Assembly (NCBI RefSeq): GCF_963921235.1
Contig: NC_086097.1
Location: 67,396,001-67,460,000, forward strand
DNA length: 64,000 bases
Direction: 5' to 3'
Origin: Mobula hypostoma
Taxonomy: Eukaryota
The notes below the pieces were generated by a model. The model was not told where the DNA came from. It did not search any database and saw only the letters and a list, made by a program, of their open reading frames with translations. Shown here piece after piece: positions 40,046-52,051 of this stretch; the first letter of the stretch is position 1; each line of letters starts with the position of its first letter. The position numbers were made by a program, and so were the translations under genes.

Positions 40046-40322
40046 TTTTCCCAATCTACCTGCATATTGAAATTCCCTATGACTATTGTAACATTGCCCT
40101 TTTGGCATGCATTTTCTATCTCCCATTGTAATTTGTAGACCACATTCTTACTACTGTTTGGGGGTCTATATATAACTCCCATCATGGTCTTTTAACCCTT
40201 GCAGTTCTACCCACAATGATGCAATCACATTCAACACCCATGTCACCTCTTTCTAATAATCCGATTTCATCTTTTACCAACAGAGCCACACCACCCCCTC
40301 TGCCTACCTTCCTGTCCTTTCA
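40045..40322 (-). mobile_element. CR1 APE fragment
   Basis: Antisense GDFN and GGGVALL motifs. Confidence 0.7.
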
Positions 40323-40329
40323 ATGATGA

Positions 40330-40842
40330 CAAGAGCGGAGTATGGGTGGGTGTTCAGCATCACCTGCCTATGTTTGACCGGTATTCCTCTCCTGCTCACT
40401 AGCTGATGTCGGAGGAAAGTGCAGGAGCCTTGGGATCCACATTGCAAGGACTCATTTTGAGAAACTTTGAGGTTCGTGTTGCATATGTTCTGGATTCTGG
40501 TTCCTCTTTAATTTTTGCTGTTTTTAAGCAATTTGATTGGAGTAATCAATGTGGACTGGGGTGCTTTGGCAAAGAATGGCTCTGTAGCCTGCAGTGAGCA
40601 AGTGGTGCGGCACTGAACCAAACTAAACTGAATACTGTGGACTCTTGGTTTGATGTTTGATATTCCATGTGTTGTTTGCTCGAATTTTGCTATTGGCACG
40701 CTTTGGGTGTTTGATGTTTTCATGAATGGGTTCCATGGTGTTTCTTTGTTTTATGGCTGCCTGTGGGAGGACAAATCTCAGACTTATATTCTGTATACAT
40801 TCTTTGATAATAAATGCACTTCGAACTTTGAAACTTTGAATT
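40330..40842 (+). mobile_element. Non-autonomous element with Rex1-like 3' tail
   Basis: Ends tacattctttgataataaatgcacttcgaactttgaaactttgaa; 5' boundary uncertain. Confidence 0.45.
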
Positions 40843-40934
40843 GTACCTGTAATTCATGTGATCTGTAAAACATTTATCACTAAGGAGCTGGCGTTGTGTT
40901 ATGGTGCTCATTTTACCTCTGACTCCTGGTCTTG

Positions 40935-41130
40935 AAACTTTGAGCATAAAAATCTGCGCTAGCACTATATTGCACCTAGGAGTACTGCAATAGAGAGGTG
41001 ATGGATTTTGGATGAGACAATAAACCAAGACCACTCCTATTCTCCCAGATGGATCTACCAGATCCTATGGGTACTCTGACGAGAAGCCGGTGAGTTATCT
41101 TTTGTGGTCTGGCTAATATCCCATAATCAA
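40935..41130 (+). mobile_element. DeuSINE (SacSINE1/LF-SINE-like) core, degraded
   Basis: ttttggatgagacaataaaccaag..cagatggatctaccagatcctatgggtact resembles the Deu-domain core as recalled; not aligned. Confidence 0.6.
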
Positions 41131-41149
41131 TTTAATTTATAAAAATGTT

Positions 41150-42556
41150 CTCCTTTTTTCAAAGGTTGTGGTTTCCCTTCCACCACCATTAATGCTGCCT
41201 TCACCTGCATCTCCTCCATTTCCCATAACTTTGCCCTCACCCCATCCTCCTGCTGCCATAATGGGGAGAGAATTCCCTTTGTCCTTACCCACCACCCCAT
41301 GAGCCTCTATATACAACAGATCATTCTCTGTAAGTTCCACCATCTTCAATGGTATCCTACGACCAAACACATCCTTCCCTCCCCCTCACTCTCTACTTTC
41401 CACAGGCATCATTCTCTACGTGACTCTCCTGTCCATTTGTGCTTCCCCACTGATCTATCTCCTGGCACTTATCCCTGCAAACGTGACAAGTGCTAAATCT
41501 TCCTCCCTCACCACCATTCAGAGCCCCAAATTCTTCTCGGTGAGGTGACACTTCATCTGCAGGCCTGTCAGTTTTATCTATTGTACTTGGTGTTCCTGGT
41601 GTGGCCTCTTCTACATCAGTGAGACCTGATGTGCATTGGGGAATTGTTTTGTCGTGCACCTTCACTCCATCTGTCGCAAAAGGTGGGATTTTAATTTGAC
41701 TTCCCATTCCAATATGTCAGTTCATGGCTGACTCTACTGCCATGAAAAGGCACAGTCACCTTGGAGGAGCAACACCTCATATTCCATCTGAGTAGCCTCC
41801 AAGAGCACAAACATCAATTTCTCTAACTTATGGTAATTTCTCCCCACTACCGTTTATGTCTTTTTTCCATTTCCCATCTGGTTCACCTCTTACCCTTTTT
41901 TTATGCCCATCATCATTCTCTGGTACCCCTCCACTTTCTCTTTCTTCTATTGTCCATTCTTCTCTCCTATCAGATTCCATCTCTTTCAGCCCTTCACCTC
42001 TTCCATCTATCTCCTCCCAGCTTCTTACTTTATCCCCCTCCCCTATCTACCCACCTTCAGCCTCACCTGGTTTCACTTATCACTTGCCAGCTTGTACTTT
42101 TTCTGCTGCCTCCCCATTCTTTTTAAAAAAAATAGTTATTTAGAGATACAGTGCAGAATGGGCCTTTTCAGCTAAACATGCCGTGCCACCCAACAACCCA
42201 ACTATTTAAACCTCGCCTAATCACAGTACAATTTACAAGGACCAATTAACCTACTAACCGGTGTGTTTTTGGACTGTGGGAGGAAACCAGAGCGCTCAAA
42301 AGAAACCAACAGAGTCACAGGGAGAACATGCAAACTCCTTATAGATGGCGCTGGAATTGAACTCAGAACTCCAACGCTCCAAGCTATAATAATGTCATGC
42401 TAACCATGCTACTGTAATACCTATGTTCTTCTCTGTCTCCATTCCTGATGAAGCTTCAATTATTATTCCTCTCCATAGATGAAGCCTGACTTGCTGAGTT
42501 CCTCTAGAACTTTGTGTTCCTCGAAATTCCAGCACTTGCAGAATCTCTTGTGTTTA
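41150..42556 (+). mobile_element. Penelope-like element 3' part (GIY-YIG + pLTR), split by a V-SINE
   Basis: IYCTWCSWCGLFYISET motif, CT-rich UTR, cctgatgaag at 42444 and the terminal segment shared with other PLE copies. Confidence 0.82.
42135..42418 (-). mobile_element. V-SINE
   Basis: B-box gttcaattcc and V-domain; collinear with the other copies. Confidence 0.88.
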
Positions 42557-42932
42557 CAGTACCTCAAAAATGTTGTTGACCATAAAACACCAGAAGACAG
42601 GATGTGTGTGGTAATACTGGATAAAGTATCATGTCAGACTGATCCAATTAATCCAGGCCAAGATCTGTTTTCAAACTATATACCCGAGTCAGCTGAAACC
42701 CAACACATTTGTCAGTACTGTCAATCTCAGGTTGGATGTCCAAACTCTCCTTCAGGGATGTCCTGACGATTGTCAATGATACAAAAAAAGACAAGTTTTT
42801 CTTTCATAATGATAATTGTTTGTAACCTGCAATCAGTAGGTTGCTCTCATCTGTGTTTGAAAGAGGTCAAGGCCAGTATTTGCAAAAAAATTAAATTTAA
42901 CAGCAAAGGTATTTGTTCAACCAGCTGTTTAC

Positions 42933-42965
42933 TTTAGTGAAATACAATTAACAATGCCTTTCTCC
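42933..42965 (-). CDS. Candidate 33-nt exon (EKGIVNCISL), phase 2-2
   Basis: Acceptor ttgcatttctttcag, donor gtaaac; only phase 2 is free of stops. Confidence 0.4.
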
Positions 42966-43242
42966 CTGAAAGAAATGCAATAGTAACTGTTTCAGATCAC
43001 TTTACATAGCTCTAGAAATTCTGCACTCCACTTATCATGAATGTCAATGGTGGTGACAGATATACATCAAACGCCGTTATTTCTTGAGCAATACTCCTTT
43101 TGGAACATTACCAGAGAAATTAGTCAAAAGGTATGTTTTCACAGAGCAGTGCTGATTGGCAACTTGTCATAATGGCACTGCTCAAAGCAGTCAAACATTG
43201 AGAGAAAGCAAATTGCACATTTCAGCAGATTAACATTTGGAG

Positions 43243-43295
43243 CTCTCTCTCTCTCTCTCTTTACTGTGTGTGTATATATATATACATACACACAC
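43243..43295. repeat. Compound microsatellite (CT)n(GT)n(AT)n(CA)n
   Basis: Directly visible. Confidence 0.9.
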
Positions 43296-44169
43296 CTGGT
43301 TATTGATAACCATAGTTCACAATACAAAGTCCCTAAAGTCTACCTTAGTTATCATCAAGACATTCCCAATATTTCCCTTAAAGTCACTGACCATTCTCAT
43401 TCACCAGTCTCACTTCATTTGGTCACCGCGACTGACTGAAGCCATGATCAAGAGCCTCTGATGTCCTTGACTCATCCTCCAAAGTGTTCACATTCTATCT
43501 CTCAAATGGTCTAGGTGCTGATTTTGTTCTACTAATTGGCCCAGATCCTGTTCCCTAACTTTGCAGTTTGCTGATCTCCTGAAGCTACAGTGTATTGGTC
43601 CAATCTTGAACATTCATCTAATCTATCTCCAATCAAGCCATTACCCCAGCCGGAGCCAAGGATAGCACAGGTAGAGTAGGTACAGAAGTATCCACCATGG
43701 CCACCTTGCGATCTGACTAAATAGACTTTGTTTGTGGCTCTATTATGACAGAAGTCAAATCCTTTATTGCATTCAGCAGAAGAATGAAGCTTCATTTGAT
43801 GACATTTGGCTGTTTCTTAATTCCTCTGTTATGTATTATGTACCGTATGACATCAACTGCTTTATTTCTAACCTTTTTGAATCATTGATCACTTTATTGA
43901 TCATCACTAAAATGTTTCTTTTTTCCACAGTAACTTATATGGGTCCACTATCTTGTAAATCACAGCACTTGGAGTGGTGCTTTTAGAGATTTGGTTCCAC
44001 ATTCCTGATATACTGTACATTAACTAGCTAGATGTTTCATAACTTTGTCAACTCAGGCTAATAAACTAATCCTTTAACCACTTCATATTCTTTAGACTCA
44101 GGGGTCCAGCATTAGGTTCTTCTATAATGCTCCTTTGCAATTACTTCAGTGTCTCTACCCTGTGTAAGG

Positions 44170-44705
44170 TAAAAGAGATTATAGATGCTGAAAAAAACAA
44201 AAGTATTGGAAGAACTCAGTGGGTAAAGCAGCATCTGGCAAAAGATGCCTATTGATGTTTCAGGTCAGGATCTGGCATCAGGGCTGAGAGGCAAGACAAA
44301 ATATTGCCAGTATATAATAGTAGAAAACTACAGCGGGACAGAGGCTGTAGGTCATAGGTGGAACTAGATGGAAAGGGGAGTTTGGGCAGATGGAACTAGG
44401 TGAGGGAGAAAGAAGGGGTGCAGGGATGGGAAAAATGAACAAAGGAAGAAGAAAATGACATGAAGAAGTGAGTGTGTGTGGGTGAAGAACACCAGGGGTG
44501 TGGGTTATGTAAAATTGGAAAATTCAGTCTTCATATCATTGGGTTGTAAACTACTTAAGTGGAATAGGAGATATTTGTTGCTTCAGTTAGCATTTGTTCA
44601 CTTAATAGCAATGAAGAAGGCTGAGGACAGAGAGATCAGTCAGGGAATAGGAAGGACAGTTAAAATGACATGCAACTGGAAGCTTGAGATGGCTGTTGCA
44701 GATAG
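44170..44705 (-). mobile_element. Degraded Penelope-like 3' end
   Basis: Reverse complement resembles the PLE terminus and GIY-YIG C-terminus (compare 54965-55480). Confidence 0.7.
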
Positions 44706-45369
44706 TGTGGGCGTTAATTATCGAACAGCTTTGCCTTTTTTCATTTATATTAAGTTAAGTGAGACTGGTCTAACTTAACCCTTGCCAATTTAGCAGGCAA
44801 ATCTTGAAATGTTAACAGAGAATATTTTTCTCTACTCTGATAAGAGACACCAATAATGGGCCATTGATGAAAAGGATTATTTTTGTGCTCAAGTCAGTGG
44901 TGCAGGTTTGTCACGATGAATAAGGAAATTTTGTTCTTAGACTTAGCCTCCCAATTGGATATAGAAACGCAATGTTTTAATTTTTTTTGTTAATGGTCAT
45001 AATTCTTACGCTACCTAATCATCATCACCAGTGTAAACTATGTTTGTTTGATGGATTATAAACTTTATTATTATATACGGCAGAATATATAGGTTTGGAT
45101 AAGAAAAGGCAGGAGTGGGCTCAAGAAAAGCATAAGTACTAGCATGGACAAGTTGGGAGGGATGTCTTGTTAATGTACATGTTGCAAAGACACAGAGTTA
45201 ATGAATTAGCTACTATATATTATCCACAGTGCAGATTAGTATATGTGAGAAAATAGGTTAGAGGGAAATAAGTGGAGGAATGAGACTGATAGGAATACTC
45301 TGAAAGCTAGTGTAGATTTGATCAGAAAAATTACCTCCTGCAACTGTATGTTGAAAAAGAAACATGACA

Positions 45370-48300
45370 GCATGACCTGAAAGCAGACTACAGGGAGTTA
45401 GGAAGGATTACTGCCTGTGCTATGTGACAGTGAGTATAGGAATAGAGTGAGGTGGAGGATAAATGCGTGGCTGAGGGATTGGAGCAGGGGGCAGGGATTC
45501 AGATTTCTGGATCATTGGGACCTCTTTTGGGGCAGAAGTGACCTGTACAAAAAGGATGGGTTGCACTTGAATCCCAGGGGGACGAATATCCTGGTGGGGA
45601 GATTTGCTAAGGCTATTGGGGAGAGTTTAAACTAGGATTTCTGGGGGTTAGGAACCAAATTGAAGAGATGAAGGAAGAGACAGTTGGCTCACAAATAGAG
45701 AAAGCTTGGAGGCAGTGCGAGAGGGAGGATGGGCAGGTGATCGAGAAGGGACACACTCAGACTGATGGTTAGAGATGTGTCTATTTTAATGCAGGGAGTA
45801 CTATGAACAAAGCAGATGAGCTTAGAGCGTGGATCAGTACTTGGATCTATGATGTTGTGGCCATTACAGAGACTTGGATGGCTCAGGGGCAGGAATGGTC
45901 ACTTCGAGTGCCAGGCTTTAGATGTTTCAGAAAGGACAGGGAGGGAGGCAAAAGAGGTGGGGGCATGGCACTGTTGATCAGAGATAGTGTCATGGCCGTT
46001 GAGAAGGAGGAAGTACATGGAGGGATTGTCTACAGAGTCTCTGTGGGTGGAAGTTAGGAACAGGAAAGGGTCAATAACTCTACTGGGTGTTTTTAAAGAC
46101 CACCCAATAGTAACAAGGACATCAAGGAGCAGATAGGGAGACAGATTCTGGAAAGGTGTAATAATAACAGGGTTGTCATGGTGGGAGATTTTAATTTCCC
46201 AAATATTGATTGGCATGTCCCTGGAGCAAGGGATTTAGATGGGGTGGAGTTTGTTAGGTGTGCTCAAGAAGGTTTCTTGACACAATATGTAGATAAGCCT
46301 ACAAGAGGAGAGTCTGTACTTGATCTGGTATTGGGAAATGAACCTGGCCATGTGTCAGATCTCTCAGTAGGAGAGCATTTTGGTGATAGTGATCACAACT
46401 CTTTCTCCTTTACCATAGCATTGGAGAGGGATAGGAACAGACAAGTTAGGAAAGCGTTTAATTGGAGTAAGGGGAAATATGAGGCTATCATTCAGGAACT
46501 TGGAAGCATAAATTGGAAACAGATGTTCTCAGGGAAATGTATGGAAGAAATGTGGCAAATGTTTAAGGGATATTTGTGTGGAGTTCTGCATAGGTACGTT
46601 CCAATGAGACAGGGAAAGGATGGTAGGGTACAGGAACTGTGGTGTACAAATGTTGTTGTAAATCTAGTCAAGAAGAAAAGAAGGGCTTATGAAAGGGATA
46701 GAGAGCTAGAAGATTATAAGGTAGTAGGAAGGAGCTCAAGAAGGAAATTAGGAGAGCCAGAAGGGGCCATGAGAAGGCCTTGGTGGACAGGATTAAGGAA
46801 AACCCCAAGGCATTCTACAATTATGTTAAGAGTAAGAGGATAAGACGTGACAGAATAGGACCAAACAAGTGTGACAGTGGAAAAGTGTGTATAGAACCGG
46901 AGGAGATAGCAGAGGTACTTAATGAGAACTTTGCTTCAGTACTCACTACGGAAAAGGATCTTGGCGATTGTAGGGATGACTTACAGCAGACTGAAAAGCT
47001 TGAGCATATAGATACTAAGAGGATGTGCTGGAGCTTTTGGAAAGCATCAAGTTAGATAAGTCACCGGGACCGGATGAGATGTACCCCAGGCTACTGTGGG
47101 AGGTGAGGGAGGAGAGGGCGGAGATTGCTGAGCCTCTGGTGATGATCTTTGCATCATCAATGGGGACGGGAGAGGTTCCAGAGGTTTGGAGGGTTGCGGG
47201 TGTTGTTCCATTATTCAAGAGAAGGAGTAGTGATAGCCTAGGAAATTATAGACGACTGAGTCTTACTTCAGTGGTTGGTAAGTTGATGGAGAAGATCCTG
47301 ACAGGCAGGATTTATGAACATTTGCAGAGGCATAATATGATTAGGAAGAGTCAGCATGGCTTTGTCAAAGGCAGGTCGTGCCTTATGGGCCTGACTGAAT
47401 TTTTTGAGAATGTGACTAAACACATTGATGATGGTAGAGCAGTAGATGTAGTGTATATGGATTTCAGCAAGGCATTTGACCAAGTACCCCATGCAAGGCT
47501 TATTGAAAAAGTAAAGAGGCGTTGGATCCAAAGGGACATTGCTTTGTGGATCCAGAACTGGCTTGCTCACAGAAGACAAAGAGTGGTTGTAGACGGAACA
47601 TGTTCTGCATGGAGGTTGGTGACTAGTGTTGTGCCTCAGGGATCTGTTCTGGGACTCCTACTCTTAGTGATTTTTATAAATGACCTGGATGAAGAAGTGG
47701 AGGGATGGGTTAGTAAATTTGCTGATAATACAAAGGTTGGAGGTGTTGTGGATAGTGTGGAGGGCTGTCAGAGGTTACAGTGGGACATTGATAGGATGCA
47801 AAACTGGGCTGAGAATTGGCAGATGGAGTTCAACCAGATAAGTGTGAGGTGGTTCATTTTGGTAGGTCAAATATGATGACAGAATATAGTATTAATGGTA
47901 AGACTCTTGGGAGTGTGAGGAATAGAGAGATCTTGGGGTCTGAGTCCATGGAACACTCAAAGCTGCTCCGCAGGTTGACTCTGTGGTTAAGAAAGCATAC
48001 GGTGCATTGGACTTCATCAATTGTGGGATTGAGTTTTGGAGCTGAGAGGTAATGTTGCAGCTATATAGGACTCTGGTCAGACCCCACTTGGAGCACTGTG
48101 CTCAGTTCTGGTCGCCTCACGATAGGAAGGATGTGGAAACCATAGAAGGGAGCAGAGGAGATTTACAAGGATGTTGCCTGGATTGCGGAGCATGCTTATG
48201 AGAATAGGTTGAGTGAACTCGGCCTTTTTTCCTTGGAGCGACGGAGGATGAGAGGTGACGCGATAGAAGTGTATAAGATGATGAGAGGCATTGATCGTGT

Positions 48301-48622
48301 GGATAGTCAGAGGCTTTTTCCCCAGGGTGGAAATGGCTAGCATGAGAGGGCACAGTTTTAAGGTGCTTGGAAGGAGGTACAGAGGAGATATCAGGAATAA
48401 GTTTTTCACATAGAGAGTGGTGAGAGTGTGGAATGGGCTGCCAGTGACACTGGTAGAGGCAGATACGATAGGGTCTTTTAAGAGACTCCTGGACAGGTAT
48501 ATGGAGCTCAGGAAAATAGAGGGCTATGGGTAACCTTGGGTAATTTCTCAGGTAAAGACATGTTTGGCACAGCTTTGTGGGTCGAAAGGTCTGTATTGTG
48601 CTGTAGGTTTTCTATGTTTCTA
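45370..48622 (+). mobile_element. CR1 LINE (end of ORF1 SGNH + frameshifted ORF2)
   Basis: DGLHLNPRG; APE 45803-46843; RT 47025-47876; ttctatgtttcta tail. Confidence 0.95.
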
Positions 48623-49120
48623 GTTTAGCAACCATTTTTCAGATTTTTAATTCAATGTCTTCATGTTTTAACAACACAATTGCAAACTAGTTACCTACAT
48701 TGAGAATAATATTCAATTTATTGAGACTAGATCACCTCTGGGTTACAGACAGGTTGAATTTTTTTTCAGATTCCCATAAGTCAAATTTGTTCATGAGTTG
48801 GAAAATATGTCTCTAGGTATGTAAAAAATCAAATGATATGGGAATCATGCCTCCACTGTACTGAGGTAGATGCAACTGGTTGTAGAGATGCAGCTGAAGT
48901 CTACATAGGAAACTGCTATTTATAGGAAGAAACGTGTGAATGAAAGTCAGACTTTTGAATTCAAATGCGCTCATTTCTATCTATAGGATATATATAAGTC
49001 AGACATTCGTAAACAGGGGATGACCTGTACTTAGTGGATCAAAACTGTGGCATGCTTTCAAAATCAAAATAGCAAGTGCTTATGTTTTCGGTCATGAAAT
49101 GAGCTAATTCCCATGCTTAC

Positions 49121-49147
49121 CTCAGAGGTTTTATTTTAGAAGCATTT
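49121..49147 (-). CDS. Candidate 27-nt exon (NASKIKPL), phase 2-2
   Basis: Acceptor ttctgtttctttttccaaag, strong donor GAG|gtaagc; only phase 2 is free of stops. Confidence 0.45.
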
Positions 49148-49294
49148 CTTTGGAAAAAGAAACAGAATGGATGCAGTGGCTAGAAACTTGTACTGTCATG
49201 CCACTCTATGAATTTCATTGCATTTTCACAACCTACTATGTTTGGCTCAACATATTTGCTGATCATTATGTTTGAAAATAAATAATCTACTCCG

Positions 49295-50775
49295 GACACT
49301 ACAGCACAGAAACAGGCTATTCAGCCCATCTGGTTGGTGCCAAACTATTAACCATTGACCTGCACAGGGACCATAGCCCTCCATACCTCTCCCATCCACG
49401 TACCTATCCAAATTTCTCTTAAGTGTTGAAATCAACCCCACATCTACCACTTGCACTGGTAGCTCATTCCACATTTTTACCAACCACTGAGTGAAGAAGT
49501 TCCCCCTCATGTTCCCATTAAACAATTCACTTTTCACCCTTAAGCCATGACTTAATTGTAGTCTCATCCAATATCAGTACAAAAAGCCAGCTTGCATTTA
49601 CCCTATCTATAGCCCTCAAAATTTGTATACCTCTATCAAATCTCCTCTTAATCTTCGTTGTTCTAGGGAATAAAACCCTAACCTATTCAACCTCTCGCTA
49701 TAACCCAGGTCCTCAAGTCTCGCAACATCTTTGTAAATTTTCTCTGCACTCTTTCTATCTTACTTACATCTTTCCTGTAGTAGGTGACCAAAACTGAATA
49801 CAGTTCTTTAAATTAGGCCTCACCAATGTCTTACACAATTACAACATAACATCCTATCTCATGTACTCAATGCATTGCTTTATGATGGCCAATGTGCCAA
49901 AAGCTTTCTTGATGACCCTACCTACCTGTCACACTACTTTCAAGGAATTATGTACCTGCATTCCCAGATCTCTCTGTTCTACTACACTCCTCAATGATTA
50001 TGATTATGAAGACATGTAGTCCTCTTTTATTGTCATTTAGTAATGCATGCATTAAGAAATGATACATTATTTCCTCCGGTGTGATATCACAAACCACAGG
50101 ACAAACCAAGACTGAAAAAACTGACAAAACCACATAATTATAACGTATAGTTACAGTGTAACAACACCATAACTTGATGAAGAAGTCCGTGAACACAGTA
50201 AAGTTCAAAGTTTCTCAAATGTCCCACATCTCACGCAGACGGGAGAAGGAAGAAAAACTCTCCCTGCCATGCTGACCACAATCCAACTCTGAGTCATCCG
50301 AAAACTTCGAGCTCTGATCAGCTCTCTGACACCGAGTACTGAGCGCCATCTCTGTCCGAATGATTCGACCTCCTTCTCGGTCGCCAAAAGCAGGCAAGCC
50401 CGGGGATTTTGAGGCCTACCCTCTGAAAGATTCATGACCACACAGTAACGACAGCAGCAAACGGGCGTTTCAGAAATTTCTCCAGATGTTCCTCTGTGCT
50501 TTCACGTCCATTCTCCATCAAATCAGAATTGTCCACAGCCCCTATTTAACAGATACGATATCATACTGCTCACGAGTAAGACATGGTTTGTCCTCCCAAA
50601 GTACAACATCTCACACTTGTCTGCATTAAGTTCCACCTGCCATTTTTCCTGGTGCTCTAGATTCCGTTGCAAGCTTTGATTTTCTTCCTTGCTCTTTACC
50701 ACACCCCCAATCTTGGTGTCATCCACACATTTGCCAATCCAGTTTACCACATTATCATCCAGATCATTGATATGG
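49295..50775 (-). mobile_element. CR1 3' fragment interrupted by an unclassified insert
   Basis: INDLDDNVVNWIGKCVDDTKIGG (50523-50780) and C-terminal ORF 49247-49567. Confidence 0.88.
49995..50562 (-). mobile_element. Unclassified short retroelement with (ATAATC)n tail
   Basis: Interrupts the CR1; minus-strand AATAAA followed by a tandem hexamer tail; CpG-rich body with no recognised protein. Confidence 0.55.
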
Positions 50776-52051
50776 ATCAATGGTTCTTAAAGGGGGCCAT
50801 GTCAGATTTTGTAGGGGCCACAAGTAAAAAGCAAAAACCTCGGGTCACAGGTTTCTCAATGGAACATGATCAGTTGACTGTTTTAATGTACCTCAGAAGA
50901 GGTGGTTTTAGTGATGTTTTTAGTCAAATTTCCTCTCTTTTTAACTACCAGTGAACTGTCACATGTATTTGGTAGTGCCATCCTAACTGGAAGAGTTAAT
51001 GTTTTGGAGATACTTTGCAGAAAATTCATATGACCAGGGAGGAGATATTTGTAGGCTTACAGCGCAAAGAACATAGAACACTACAACATAATACAGATCT
51101 TCCGGACCACGATGTTGCGCAAACCCTTTAATTTACTCTACAAGCAGTCTCATCTTTCTCCTACATTCTGCAAACTGTCAATGTCCTGTTGTAACCTACA
51201 ACAGCCTTCTACACTACCCACAACATACCAACATTCATTTCTTCTGCAAACTGACTAACCCACCCTTCCACTTCCTAGTCCTAGTCTTCTATAGAAATCA
51301 AAAAGAGCAGTATTCGCAGAATAGACCCCTGTGGAACCCCATCTTCACCGGCCTCCAGGTAGAATATGTTCCATCTACTACTATCCTCTGACTTCCGTGT
51401 GCAAGTCAATTCTGAATCCACACAGCCACGCGACCCTGCCTTTCTGAATTAATTTACCATGGAGAACCTTGTCAAAAATGTCCTGCTAGAATCTATACTC
51501 ACCACATCCACTGCTTTGTCTTCATCAATTTGTTTTGTCATTTTCTCAAAGAATTCATTCAGGCTCGTGACGCACAACCTGCCCCTTACAAAACCATGAT
51601 GATGATCCCTAATCAAACCGTGTTTCTCCAAATGCTTTTAATTCCTGTCTCTATGAATCCTCTCCAATAGTTTTCCCACCATTTATGTAAGACTCTCTGG
51701 CGTATAATTCCAAGTGTAATCCCTGTTATCTTTCTTGAACAAAGGAATACTGTTTGCTAACCTTCAATCCTTTGGTTCTACTCCTATGGCCAGTGAGGAT
51801 GCAAAGATCATCACCAAAGGTGCAGTAATTTCTTTCCTCAGTTCCTGTAGTTTACTGCATATCCTGTCTGACCCTGGGGATTTTCTATCTTAACGTTTTT
51901 CCAAAGTTCCAACACATCCGCTTAACACTGATATGTTCCAGCATATCAGCCTGTTTTACACTGTCCTCTCATTCATCAAAGTCTCTCTCACTGGTGAATA
52001 CTGAAGCAAAATATTTATTAAGGACCTCCCTTACTTCCTCTGACTCAAGGC

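Noticed and set aside
44754..44779. Small hairpin gttaagtgagac..gtctaacttaac
   Set aside because: Too short and isolated to distinguish from chance.
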